Origin: Clostridia bacterium
GTDB lineage: Bacteria > Bacillota > Clostridia > Oscillospirales > CAG-272
Assembly: GCA_017482465.1 (NCBI GenBank)
Contig: JAFUMW010000120.1
Coordinates: 1-47,011, forward strand
Length of the DNA stretch: 47,011 bases
Direction: 5' to 3'
Shown here: in pieces, positions 9,924-19,959 of the stretch
Layout of the letters: every line of letters starts with the position of its first letter
How positions within the stretch are numbered: position 1 is the first letter of the stretch
Program-made: the position numbers and the translations under genes
Notes under the pieces: generated by a model
What the model was told of the DNA's origin: nothing
Databases searched by the model: none
What the model saw: only the letters and a program-made list of their open reading frames with translations

Positions 9924-12020
9924 ATGAAGTATACTTTGAAAAATGATTACTATAATGTGGAATTTGAGATAGCCAACAACAGTACCTGTATTGTCGGCGG
10001 CAGCTTTGGAGAGATGTCATTGATAAAGTCGACTCTCATGACCGCTGTGCTTAAAAATGTAATGACCGGCGAAGAATTTACCGTATCCTCCGAGGATTTT
10101 GAAAAGGTAAAGGCACACTGCTATTCTCATTCACTCAAGGTTTATCTTTCAGAGCCAAACGGACTTAAGGATATAGTGATCGTTATTACAGGTGAGACCG
10201 AGGAATACGGTATTGTCTGGAGTGTGGATGTTATAAACGATAACAGCGGGATATCGGTCATGGATGTATCATATCCTCTGCCTGTGATCTGTTCGGATCA
10301 TTTTGATATGTTTGTGCCGGGCGCTTGCGGAAAGGTCATAAAGGACGCCGGAAAGAAAGGATTTGATTTCAGCGGAATATATCCCATGCATCAGATGTGT
10401 ATGCAATATTTCGCCGTATACGGAAAAAACAACGGCGTTTACCTGGGAATAGAAGATCCGCGCGGCTCGATGAAGATGCTGGGCGCGAGATCAAAGGACG
10501 GTATAGCACAGATAACAGCATCGTTTTATGCGGTGAATTCTAACTGTGCTCATAACTCATTCAGTGTTTACGGTAAGGCAAGATGGCAGTATTTTAAGGG
10601 GGATTGGTATGACGCGACCATGATCTATGCCGATTTTGTCTACAAAAACGCCGAGTGGCTGCCGCTTATCGGAGAAAACGGACGTGAGGACACAGCGCAG
10701 AAGTACAAGGACATTCCGTTCTGGGTATGCGATTATATCCCGAACAGCGAGTATCAGGGAGCTAACCGTCCGATGATGTTAAGTGCGGGAAGCGATCATT
10801 ATGAGCCCGACTATTGGTACAACGCGGTGATAGAACTGCAAAAGGAGCTTGGTGTTCCGATCGCTTATCATGTATATAACTGGCATAAGATACCGTTTAA
10901 TATCGAATACCCGCACTTTCTTCCGGCAAAGGAGGAGTTTGCGGTCGGTTTGAAGGAACTTAAAAAGCATGACATCCTTGTAATGCCTTATATAAACGGA
11001 GTAAGCTGGGAAACACGCGACGGTGAACTCGGACATGAGATAAACTTCGGAAACACCGGATACCGCGGAGCTGTAATAGACAGAAACGGCGGGATATTCA
11101 CCTTTGAGTACCCGCAGACCACGGTTAGCGGACACAAAGCAAAGCTGGCTCCCATGTGCCCGACATATGAGGGCTGGCATAAGACTTTGGAAACGCTTAT
11201 ACGCGATATTGAGCAGGATTTTGATGTGGATGGCATCTATATAGATGAGATATCTGCTCATCCCGCACGCGAGTGCCATAATAAGGAGCATCAGCATCTT
11301 CCGGGCGGAGGAAGCTATTGGGTTGAAAATTATAACCTGATGATGGAAAAGATCAGAGCGTACCGTCCCGATGAGAGCTTTTATTTCTCCGAGTGTAATG
11401 CCGAACCGTATATGAAGAGCTTTGACGGATATCTTACATGGACATGGACGCACAACGGAGAAGTCCCGGCTTTCCCCGCTATATACAGCGGATATATTCA
11501 AATGCTCGGGCGTTACAGCATAGGTGCGAAAAAAGAGGATTACGAATATTTCAAGTATGTAACTGCAAGAGCGGTCATCTACGGACAACAGCTCGGCTGG
11601 TGCAAGGCGGATGTGCTGTATAAGCCCGAATGGCTGAAATTCTTAAAAAGATCTGTCTTGCTTCGCTACCGTTACACCGAACTGTTCAATTCGGCGAGAA
11701 TGCTTCGTCCTCCGTATACAGAGAGTGATCTTCCGGATATGGTAACAGAGTCGGCACATATGTGGTTTGAGGGAGAGGATATTGACATGGAGTGTGTGTT
11801 TGCCGGTGCGTGGAAATACCGTATGCGGGACAAATGGGTAATATTTGCGGTTAATATTGCCGAGCAGACTGCAAATTTTACTATGAGCTTTGATATAAAT
11901 GAGTATGGTTTGTCGGATACCGCACTTCCGTATGGCTTTAGGGTTGACGGCAGTGATTGCCGTGTGAGCGGCACTCTTGCACCGTGTGAGTACAAGGTAT
12001 GGGAGATAGAAAGTAAATAA
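9924..12020 (+). CDS. Putative glycoside hydrolase-like TIM-barrel protein (DUF6259-like)
   Basis: 698 aa, aromatic-rich; GDWYDA, VMPYING, DGIYIDEIS, SECNAEPY motifs. Confidence 0.55.
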   Translation: MKYTLKNDYYNVEFEIANNSTCIVGGSFGEMSLIKSTLMTAVLKNVMTGEEFTVSSEDFEKVKAHCYSHSLKVYLSEPNGLKDIVIVITGETEEYGIVWSVDVINDNSGISVMDVSYPLPVICSDHFDMFVPGACGKVIKDAGKKGFDFSGIYPMHQMCMQYFAVYGKNNGVYLGIEDPRGSMKMLGARSKDGIAQITASFYAVNSNCAHNSFSVYGKARWQYFKGDWYDATMIYADFVYKNAEWLPLIGENGREDTAQKYKDIPFWVCDYIPNSEYQGANRPMMLSAGSDHYEPDYWYNAVIELQKELGVPIAYHVYNWHKIPFNIEYPHFLPAKEEFAVGLKELKKHDILVMPYINGVSWETRDGELGHEINFGNTGYRGAVIDRNGGIFTFEYPQTTVSGHKAKLAPMCPTYEGWHKTLETLIRDIEQDFDVDGIYIDEISAHPARECHNKEHQHLPGGGSYWVENYNLMMEKIRAYRPDESFYFSECNAEPYMKSFDGYLTWTWTHNGEVPAFPAIYSGYIQMLGRYSIGAKKEDYEYFKYVTARAVIYGQQLGWCKADVLYKPEWLKFLKRSVLLRYRYTELFNSARMLRPPYTESDLPDMVTESAHMWFEGEDIDMECVFAGAWKYRMRDKWVIFAVNIAEQTANFTMSFDINEYGLSDTALPYGFRVDGSDCRVSGTLAPCEYKVWEIESK

Positions 12021-12032
12021 TAGCGTTGTTTT

Positions 12033-12062
12033 AAAAAACGGCAGTTTATCTGCCGTTTTTTT
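12033..12062 (+). terminator. Intrinsic terminator
   Basis: AAAAAACGGCAG / CTGCCGTTTTTT. Confidence 0.85.
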
Positions 12063-12091
12063 GTGTTTATTTATTTTTCTTTTCAATTCGA

Positions 12092-12120
12092 TTGACAATC
12101 GTATAAACCTATGGTAAAAT
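12092..12120 (+). promoter_or_regulatory. sigmaA promoter of the 12153-19907 gene run
   Basis: TTGACA-17-TAAAAT with TG extension; overlaps the ORF-track ATG at 12111, so the true start lies downstream. Confidence 0.75.
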
Positions 12121-12152
12121 TAAAAGATAAGAAGAATCCGGAAAGGAGGGGC

Positions 12153-13730
12153 ATGATGAGCGAAAGAGACGATTTTTGGGATATTGAAAAGCTTATTCCG
12201 CGAAAGAATCTGAAACAGATGCAGCCAACACGTCATGATACATCCGCTGTACCGATAGAATTCGGCGAGAACACGTCCGAGGAAGTGAAGACCTCGCTTT
12301 TTGAACGTGCCGTTCGTGACGGAGAGCTAAAAGCCGGAAAAGAGTATACCTATACGCCATCAAACTCGCTTATAACGAGCGTCACCGTGCGTCCAAGGCT
12401 TACTCCAAGCCGCTTTTACGCCGATTTTCTTTCCGACGCGAAAAAATATCTGAATGTACACGCAAGCCCTTGTGAAAGCGTCCCCTTCCCGGCGTATATA
12501 CCCGAATACAGGTCAATGAAGCGTGCACAGCTTGAGTTCTATTTTTACTTCAGAGACTGTGTCAAAAAGGGTGTTAAAATTGAAACACCGCTTAGCTATA
12601 TTCTTTTATTGCTATTTGAGATAATCAATCTGCCGGATGAGATAGCACCGGAGGATGGCTCGGTACTAATGTGCCGTATATGGCTTATGTACAGAGATGT
12701 GTATCCGAGACTCAACAGCTATATAGCCGATTGGCTTTGCGATTACTGCCTTATACACAGGCTGTCACTTCCCGAAGAGATACTTGAGCATACCGAGATA
12801 TTAGCAGAGGCTTCGGGATTTTATGAGTTTTACTGTGACCCCAAGCGTACCGACAGGTACACGCTTTTATGTAAAACTGTGCATCATACGCCGAATTCCG
12901 ACGGAAAATATCCCGATACAGAGCCTCTTCTTAAGGAGCATGTCGTACGTGTTGTTGACAGACTTGCCGATATCAAAAGAGGCGGGGCTTTTTCACCCGA
13001 CGATATTTTGATGCTCACCACGGGTGCGCGTACAGCCTACCGAAGCGCACTTTGCGCGTACAACAACAACGCTCTTATCAGCTACACGTACCGCAGCTTT
13101 TCAAAGATTACGCTCTCGGCTCAAAAGCTTGGAGACTGTGTGAAATATGCCGAAAACCGTGTTAGAGCATACCTCGGCATACGCGCAAGGCTTAAATGTC
13201 CCACGCTTGCGGATGCGGACAGGTGTGTCATAGATGATTATTTTGACACCGAACTGCCGATAGAAAAGAAAAAATATCAGAGAAAAGAATATGCCTCGTA
13301 CATGGGAGAGAATGAATATCTGTACGAGCCCGAGAGCACCGGGGTGTCGCTTGACACGGCTCTTGAGATAGAAAAAGAATCGTGGAAGGCGGCACAAATG
13401 CTCGAGGGAGCATTTGCCGATATAGACATGAGCGAAGAAGAGCTTGAAACGGCAGAAGAAGCGCCTGTTTTAGAAAAAGCTCTTGACGGCCCAGCGGCTG
13501 TTGGACTTACTGACACAGAGCTTGAATTTCTGCGTCTTGTAATAAGTGAAAATATGACTGCGTTAAAGGCGTTTTTAAAACAAAACGGACTTATCGGCGA
13601 CGCAGTCAGTGAAAAGATCAATGTTTATGCCTTTGATACTATCGGCGACAGTATTATCGAAGGCTCGGCAGGGGAATATGTTATAGTCCCCGATTATTTG
13701 GAGGAGGTTGAACAATGGCTCAGGAATTAA
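12153..13730 (+). CDS. TerB N-terminal / TerB C-terminal domain protein (Shango SngA-like)
   Basis: FPAYIPEYRSM..QLEFYFYFR and LSYILLLLFEIIN (TerB_N-like); EKINVYAFDTIGDSIIE..IVPDYLEEV (TerB_C-like); AGGAGG RBS before 12153. Confidence 0.78.
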   Translation: MMSERDDFWDIEKLIPRKNLKQMQPTRHDTSAVPIEFGENTSEEVKTSLFERAVRDGELKAGKEYTYTPSNSLITSVTVRPRLTPSRFYADFLSDAKKYLNVHASPCESVPFPAYIPEYRSMKRAQLEFYFYFRDCVKKGVKIETPLSYILLLLFEIINLPDEIAPEDGSVLMCRIWLMYRDVYPRLNSYIADWLCDYCLIHRLSLPEEILEHTEILAEASGFYEFYCDPKRTDRYTLLCKTVHHTPNSDGKYPDTEPLLKEHVVRVVDRLADIKRGGAFSPDDILMLTTGARTAYRSALCAYNNNALISYTYRSFSKITLSAQKLGDCVKYAENRVRAYLGIRARLKCPTLADADRCVIDDYFDTELPIEKKKYQRKEYASYMGENEYLYEPESTGVSLDTALEIEKESWKAAQMLEGAFADIDMSEEELETAEEAPVLEKALDGPAAVGLTDTELEFLRLVISENMTALKAFLKQNGLIGDAVSEKINVYAFDTIGDSIIEGSAGEYVIVPDYLEEVEQWLRN

Positions 13731-15094
13731 ATTCGGCAAAGGTACCGAAAAGAGTACTTTCATCACTTATCGCGTCCGTGTCTGCGGGTGTTGTGCCAAG
13801 ACTCGGAGCTCCGTATATAGCGATCGGACGAAACGATGAGATAGATGCGCTTCTTTCCGATCTGAAAAGCATTTCCGAGGGATCTTCCTCTATGCGTTTT
13901 ATAATCGGTAAATACGGCAGCGGTAAGAGCTTTCTTATGCAGCTTGTACGCGGATATGCTGTTGAGCGCGGATTTGTCTGCGCCGATGCGGACCTGTCCC
14001 CGGAAAGACGCATCTGCGGAAGCAAGGGTACGGGTATAGCTACCTATCGAGAGCTGATACGCAATATGTCATCAAAGGCATCTCCTTCGGGCGGCGCTAT
14101 GGCGCAGATAGTCGCAAAATGGCTTTCGGATATCAAAATGAAGACGGTCGAAAAGGGATTTTCTCCCGACAGTGACAGTTTTGCCGACGAGTTTGAAAAG
14201 ACTGTGTTTGAGATCGTCAGGAAGATGGAGGATCGTGTAGGCGGCTTTGATTTTGCAAAGATACTGACCGAGTACTACCGAGCAGACATGCGCGATGACG
14301 ACGAAAAAAAGAGCGCGTGCGTGCGTTGGCTGCGCGGTGAGTATTCGACCAAGACCGAGGCGAGAGAGCAGACCGGCATCAGGCTTTCGGGCATTATCGA
14401 CGATGAAAACTGGTACGATTATATCAAGCTCTGGGCGGCGTTCGTTCGTGAGATCGGGTTTGGTGGACTTGTCGTATTTATTGACGAGTGCGTTAACTTA
14501 TATAAGATACCGAACCGTGTGTCAAGAGAGAATAACTACGAAAAAATACTTTCAATGTTTAATGATACCCTGCAGGGAAAGGCGGAGGGACTTGCGATAA
14601 TACTCGGCGGAACTCCGCAATTTTTGGAGGATACAAGACGCGGACTTTTCAGCTACGAGGCTTTAAAAAGCCGCCTATGCGACAGCCGCTTTTCGGATCT
14701 CGGTTACAGAAACATGTTGAATCCTGTTATCCGTCTGCGCCGTCTTTCGGATAATGAACTGTTAGCGCTCATAGCGCGCGTGTCGTCTCTTTTCGAGGAG
14801 TATCACGGAGCAAAAACAGGGGTCAGCGAACAGAATATGGCCGATTTTCTCTCGGTCTGCCTTGCACGTGCGGGTGCTGACTCGATGATAACACCGCGTG
14901 AGATAATCCGCGATTATATAACCGTTTTGAACATACTGTTACAGAACAGCGATGTTTCCTTTGACGAGGTGGTAAAAAAAGTAGCGCCCGCAACAAAAGC
15001 AGATGGTTCTGCCGAATCGGAGGTTGATATTCCGGCTTCACAAGAGTCTGCGGTTCAAAAGCATTCGTATTCACCGGAGGACATTGAGTTTTAA
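13715..15094 (+). CDS. DUF2791 / BrxD-like P-loop ATPase (Shango SngB-like)
   Basis: GVVPRLGAPYIAIGRNDEI, Walker A GKYGSGKS, Walker B VVFIDE, GLFSYEALKSRL; overlaps upstream gene. Confidence 0.85.
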   Translation: MAQELNSAKVPKRVLSSLIASVSAGVVPRLGAPYIAIGRNDEIDALLSDLKSISEGSSSMRFIIGKYGSGKSFLMQLVRGYAVERGFVCADADLSPERRICGSKGTGIATYRELIRNMSSKASPSGGAMAQIVAKWLSDIKMKTVEKGFSPDSDSFADEFEKTVFEIVRKMEDRVGGFDFAKILTEYYRADMRDDDEKKSACVRWLRGEYSTKTEAREQTGIRLSGIIDDENWYDYIKLWAAFVREIGFGGLVVFIDECVNLYKIPNRVSRENNYEKILSMFNDTLQGKAEGLAIILGGTPQFLEDTRRGLFSYEALKSRLCDSRFSDLGYRNMLNPVIRLRRLSDNELLALIARVSSLFEEYHGAKTGVSEQNMADFLSVCLARAGADSMITPREIIRDYITVLNILLQNSDVSFDEVVKKVAPATKADGSAESEVDIPASQESAVQKHSYSPEDIEF

Positions 15095-15106
15095 GGAGGG
15101 AAAATT

Positions 15107-15487
15107 ATGGGATTTTGGATATATATTGTATTTACGGATATGATGATACCCGTACTGATGACGGTGTTCGGCCTGATCTTTATGCACAGGGTACCTGTTA
15201 AGATCAATTCGATATACGGTTACAGGACGCGGCGTTCGATGAAAAACAAGGACACTTGGGCTTTCGCACATAAGCATATCGCCAAAAGCTGGCTGCGTGT
15301 GGGCATTATAACAGCAGTGCTCTCGTTTATTATTTTGCTTATGCTGTACGGAAAAAGCGAAGAGACTGTAGGAAATATCGGTCTTGCGGTGTGCATCGTT
15401 CAAATAGCTGTGATGGTTATTTCGATAATTCCCACCGAAGTCGCACTGCACAAAACCTTTGACAGCGACGGAAAAAGACGAAATTAA
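15107..15487 (+). CDS. SdpI/YfhL family membrane protein
   Basis: INSIYGYRTRRSMKNKDTWAFAH motif, three hydrophobic segments; AAGGAGG RBS. Confidence 0.85.
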   Translation: MGFWIYIVFTDMMIPVLMTVFGLIFMHRVPVKINSIYGYRTRRSMKNKDTWAFAHKHIAKSWLRVGIITAVLSFIILLMLYGKSEETVGNIGLAVCIVQIAVMVISIIPTEVALHKTFDSDGKRRN

Positions 15488-15527
15488 TAAAATTGTCCGA
15501 TGTTTATCGGAGAAACGGAGTTTTTTT

Positions 15528-16586
15528 ATGATCGGGTATATAAAGGAGCTTTTGGCAAAGCTCTGTGCTACACCGACAGTGTCGGGATATGAGGGGCTCG
15601 GAGCGGATGGGCTTATAGCTCTGCTCGCACCCGAATTTGATGAGCACAGGCGTACTGCCGCAGGAAACTATTTGTTTTTCAAGAGATGCGGTAGGAAAAG
15701 CGCACCGCTTATTCTTGTGGACACGCATATCGACGAGATAGGTATGATGGTAACAAAGGTCTGTGAGGACGGTTTTCTTAAATTTGCACCAATCGGAGGT
15801 ATCGACACACGTATACTTTCGGGAGCTGATGTCACTGTTTATGGCAAAGAGCGTGTGCGCGGAGTTATAACTGCGCGCGCACCTCACTTGATGTCGCGCG
15901 AGGAAGCGGTAATGAACCCAGACATAGATAAGCTTTATATCGACACAGGCAAGGATCGCGAGTGGCTTGAAGAAAACGCGGGTATAGGTACAGCCGTCGG
16001 ATTTGAATATCCAACGACCGAGCTTCTTAACGGCCGTATTGCGTCACACGGACTTGATAATAAGGCATGCATTGCCGCCGCACTTGCTGCTGTTAAAATG
16101 CTGGACGGTGAAAAGCTTGCCTGTGACATAGCTTTGATGCTCTCGGTACGTGAAGAATTAGGCGGAGCAATGGGAGCGCTCACTGGCGGATTTGAGCTTA
16201 TGCCCAACGTGGCGCTCGTTCTTGATGTGAATTTTGCGTTTATGCCCGAAAATCCGGGCGCAGACACGGCTATGTACCGAAAAACCGTCGAGCTCGGCGA
16301 GGGTACGGCTATATCGCTATCGGCGGTTACCGACAGAAAGCTCACGCGTGAGCTTTTAAGAATTGCTGATGAAGAGGGTATCTCACATCAAACGATCGTT
16401 GAAGCGGGCGCTACCGGAACGAATGCCGACAGGCTCGCGCTTGTAAAAGAGGGAATACCGGTCGCAGTTGTAAGTGTACCGCTTCACAATATGCATACCT
16501 ACAGCGAGGTAGTCAGTGCCGATGACATATACGAAACGGCAAGGCTTATCTGCGCGTATGTGAAAAGAGGTGCAGTTCATGAATAA
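15528..16586 (+). CDS. M42 family (TET-like) metallo-aminopeptidase 1
   Basis: HIDEIG, LDNK, REELG, NMH metal-ligand motifs; start placed after GGAG. Confidence 0.85.
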   Translation: MIGYIKELLAKLCATPTVSGYEGLGADGLIALLAPEFDEHRRTAAGNYLFFKRCGRKSAPLILVDTHIDEIGMMVTKVCEDGFLKFAPIGGIDTRILSGADVTVYGKERVRGVITARAPHLMSREEAVMNPDIDKLYIDTGKDREWLEENAGIGTAVGFEYPTTELLNGRIASHGLDNKACIAAALAAVKMLDGEKLACDIALMLSVREELGGAMGALTGGFELMPNVALVLDVNFAFMPENPGADTAMYRKTVELGEGTAISLSAVTDRKLTRELLRIADEEGISHQTIVEAGATGTNADRLALVKEGIPVAVVSVPLHNMHTYSEVVSADDIYETARLICAYVKRGAVHE

Positions 16587-17637
16587 AGAGAGGATATGCA
16601 AAACACTAAAAAAGCTTTGCCTGCTCTTCGGACCGTCAGGCTGTGAGGACAGGGTCGCCGATGCGGTGCTTGAAGAAACAGAGGGGCTTTATGACGAGTG
16701 CGTACGTGACAGCTTCGGAAACGTGATGCTCAAGATAAGCTCGGGAACTGATAAAGCACCGATAATGCTCTCGGCACACATGGACGAGGTCGGCTTTATG
16801 ATAAGCGATATAGATGAGTACGGATATCTGCATTTTCAGAATGTAGGCGGAATAAGCTCGGCGGTGCTTCCGGGCAGACGTGTGAGCGTTGAGGGTAAAA
16901 AAGGACTTATCCTCCACGGGGTGATCGCATCAAAGGCGGTACATCTTCAGGGCGCGGATGAACGTAAGCGTCCGAGCACAGCCGAGTCACTTGTAATCGA
17001 CATCGGTGCAAAAAGCCGATACGAGGCAAAACAGTACACCGACGAAGGGTACTACGCGACGTTTGAGTCTGAGTATGTGGAATTCGGCGAAAACGGAGAG
17101 TTTATCAAATCCAAAGCGCTTGATGACCGATTTGGCTGTGCGGTTCTTATCGAGCTGATGCATAACATCCGCGAAGCAGAAGAAAAACCGGAGCGAGACA
17201 TGTATTTCTGCTTTACGGTTCGCGAGGAGCTTGGTCTTTCGGGGGCTCTCGTTGCGGCAAACAGGATAAAGCCCGAATATGCGATAGTACTTGAAACCAC
17301 GGCTGTGAGCGATGTTGCCGGAACTCCTCCGTCGCTTCAGGTGGCAAAGCTCGGTGAGGGCGGATGTGTGCTTATTGCCGATCGTTCGACGATATACGAC
17401 AGGGAGCTTTTTGATCTGGCGCTTCGTACCTCAAAGGAGTCGGGTGTCAAATGCCAGGTAAAGAAGTATGTCAGCGGCGGAAACGACTCTGCACACATAC
17501 ACAAAAGCTCTCACGGTGTACGCACACTTGCGTTGTCGACACCTTCTCGATATCTCCATTCACCGTCGTGCGTGGTAAATGTAAACGATCTTTATTCTAT
17601 ATGCGAGCTTCTCGGCCTTATTCTGCCGAAGCTTTGA
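16579..17637 (+). CDS. M42 family metallo-aminopeptidase 2
   Basis: GPSGCE, AHMDEVG, KALDDR, REELG, RYLHS. Confidence 0.88.
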   Translation: MNKERICKTLKKLCLLFGPSGCEDRVADAVLEETEGLYDECVRDSFGNVMLKISSGTDKAPIMLSAHMDEVGFMISDIDEYGYLHFQNVGGISSAVLPGRRVSVEGKKGLILHGVIASKAVHLQGADERKRPSTAESLVIDIGAKSRYEAKQYTDEGYYATFESEYVEFGENGEFIKSKALDDRFGCAVLIELMHNIREAEEKPERDMYFCFTVREELGLSGALVAANRIKPEYAIVLETTAVSDVAGTPPSLQVAKLGEGGCVLIADRSTIYDRELFDLALRTSKESGVKCQVKKYVSGGNDSAHIHKSSHGVRTLALSTPSRYLHSPSCVVNVNDLYSICELLGLILPKL

Positions 17638-17655
17638 GAAAGGTTGAGTTAAGAT

Positions 17656-18645
17656 ATGATCGAACTTATAAAGAGACTTATGAAAACAGGCTCTGTTTCG
17701 GGCAGAGAAAAGAATATAGCTGATGTGATCCGCGCCGAGGTCACACCGTATGCGGACGAGGTATACACCGATAATCTCGGCAATCTGTATGCACATAAGC
17801 GCGGAAACGGCAAGAAGCTCATGCTTGCGGCGCATATGGATGAGATAGGATTTTTTGCAACTTATATTGAAGACAGCGGTCTTGTAAGAGTAACTCCGGT
17901 AGGAGGCATCAATTTCGTTTCCGCCGCGTATTCGCATGTTACATTTGAAAACGGCACACGAGGCATAATTGTTCCCGAGGGCGGCACAACGGGTGCAGAT
18001 CTTTCCAATGGGGAAAAGTATTATATTGATCTCGGTACTACAAGCCGCAGGCAGACCGAAAAGAAGATAAGCATCGGTGATTTTGCCGTATGCGACAGCA
18101 GTATCACAAGGCTTAATGGCAGAAGATATGTCGGCAGACCGTTTGATGACAGGATCGGATGCGCTGTGCTTATCGAGTGTATGAAAAAGGTTGAAAACTG
18201 TGATAACGACCTTTACTTTGTATTTACCGCACAAGAGGAGGTTGGATGCCGCGGCTCACTTCCCGCCGCGTTTAACGTACAGCCGGATTATGCGATAGCT
18301 GTAGATGTTACGGGAACGGGAGACGCTCCGGGAGCCAAGAATATGGTCGTTAAGCTCGGAGGCGGTGCGGCGATAAAGATACGCGATAACAGCGTTATAT
18401 GCGATATAGGATTTGTCGAGATGATGAAGTCCGTCGCAAATGAAAAAAAGATCAAGCATCAGCTTGAGATACTTCCTTACGGTGGAACAGATACAGGCTC
18501 GATGCAAAGAAGCGCCAAAGGCACTGTGGCGGGAGCTGTTTCTGTACCGACAAGATTCATACACTCGGCTGTTGAGATGATAGATATGGCTGACGTTGAC
18601 GCGGTCATAAAACTGCTTGATGCGATAATAGCAAAGTCACTCTGA
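17656..18645 (+). CDS. M42 family metallo-aminopeptidase 3
   Basis: AAHMDEIG, FDDRIG, QEEVG, GGTDTG, RFIHS. Confidence 0.9.
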   Translation: MIELIKRLMKTGSVSGREKNIADVIRAEVTPYADEVYTDNLGNLYAHKRGNGKKLMLAAHMDEIGFFATYIEDSGLVRVTPVGGINFVSAAYSHVTFENGTRGIIVPEGGTTGADLSNGEKYYIDLGTTSRRQTEKKISIGDFAVCDSSITRLNGRRYVGRPFDDRIGCAVLIECMKKVENCDNDLYFVFTAQEEVGCRGSLPAAFNVQPDYAIAVDVTGTGDAPGAKNMVVKLGGGAAIKIRDNSVICDIGFVEMMKSVANEKKIKHQLEILPYGGTDTGSMQRSAKGTVAGAVSVPTRFIHSAVEMIDMADVDAVIKLLDAIIAKSL

Positions 18646-18659
18646 AAGGATAAAATAAG

Positions 18660-19907
18660 ATGAATTCAAAGCTTGAAGCAATAGATAAAGCCGCTTCTGC
18701 GGCACTTGCCGATGTTTTTGCCGAGGTAGACAGGATCTCATTTGAAAACACGGTCAAAGTCATGGACGCGTTCCGCGAATTCAAGGTCAGCGAAGCGCAT
18801 TTTGCCCCTACCAGCGGATACGGTTATGATGACAAGGGACGCGACACGCTTGATCGTATATATGCGAAAGTATTTGATGCCGAGGCGGCGTTCGTGCGGC
18901 ACAGTATAGTAAACGGTACACATGCACTTACAATAGGACTATCTGCGCTTTTGCGCCCGGGAGATATCATGCTTTCGGTCACCGGGAAGCCGTATGACAC
19001 TCTCGAGGAGGTCATCGGTATACGCGGCGAGCGCGGAAACGGCTCTCTTGCTGACTTCGGTATCGAATACAGAGAGGTCACATTAAAGGAAAACGGAGAT
19101 ATTGATTTTGACGGGATCAGATCAGCGCTAAAAGAATACGGTGAGCGTGTAAAGGTAGTATTTATACAGCGCTCAAAGGGATATATGATACGCCCGACTC
19201 TCACGGTCGATCAGATAGGAGAGATAGTAAAACTGTCAAAGTCTATATCAGACGCATACGTTGTTGTGGATAATTGCTACGGCGAATTTGTTGAAGAAAA
19301 AGAGCCTACAAGCGTAGGTGCTGATATGATAATCGGCTCGCTTATCAAAAATCCGGGCGGCGGAATGGCGGAAAGCGGCGGTTACATAGCCGGAAGCGCG
19401 CGTGCAGTGGAGCTTGCGTCCTACAGGCTTACCTCAGTGGGGATCGGACTTGAATGCGGTGCGACTCTCGGGCAGACCAAGAGCATGTACAAGGGCTTTT
19501 TTATGGCTCCGCACATCGTGGCACAGGCGATCAAAACGGCACACTATGCGGCATATGTCTTTGACTCTCTCGGATACGAGACAGAACCGAAATACACCGA
19601 AAAAAGAAGCGATATCATACAGATCGTAAGACTCGGAAGCGAAGAAAAGCTTATCGCATTTTGCGGCGGTATACAGAGCGCGTCACCTGTTGACTCGTAT
19701 GTTGCACCAATGCCGTGGGCGATGCCGGGATACGCCGATCAGGTCATAATGGCTGCAGGAGCATTTACCTCAGGCTCGTCTATCGAGCTTTCGGCAGACG
19801 CACCGGTCAAAGAACCGTACCCCGTGTATATGCAGGGCGGACTTACCTTTGAAGCAGGCAAGCTCGGTATACTTTCGGCGGCAGAGCGTGTATTGCAATG
19901 TGAATAA
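18660..19907 (+). CDS. Methionine gamma-lyase family PLP enzyme (YnbB / aluminium-resistance type)
   Basis: SGYGYDDKGRD, GKPYDTLEEVIG, VDNCYGEF, GSLIKNPGGG, YMQGGLT. Confidence 0.9.
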   Translation: MNSKLEAIDKAASAALADVFAEVDRISFENTVKVMDAFREFKVSEAHFAPTSGYGYDDKGRDTLDRIYAKVFDAEAAFVRHSIVNGTHALTIGLSALLRPGDIMLSVTGKPYDTLEEVIGIRGERGNGSLADFGIEYREVTLKENGDIDFDGIRSALKEYGERVKVVFIQRSKGYMIRPTLTVDQIGEIVKLSKSISDAYVVVDNCYGEFVEEKEPTSVGADMIIGSLIKNPGGGMAESGGYIAGSARAVELASYRLTSVGIGLECGATLGQTKSMYKGFFMAPHIVAQAIKTAHYAAYVFDSLGYETEPKYTEKRSDIIQIVRLGSEEKLIAFCGGIQSASPVDSYVAPMPWAMPGYADQVIMAAGAFTSGSSIELSADAPVKEPYPVYMQGGLTFEAGKLGILSAAERVLQCE

Positions 19908-19951
19908 AAGATAAGCACCGTGACGATACGTCACGGTGCTTATCTTTTATT
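19903..19951. terminator. Bidirectional terminator
   Basis: Perfect 23-bp inverted repeat with 3-nt loop between convergent operons. Confidence 0.9.
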
Positions 19952-19959
19952 TGCTTTAT

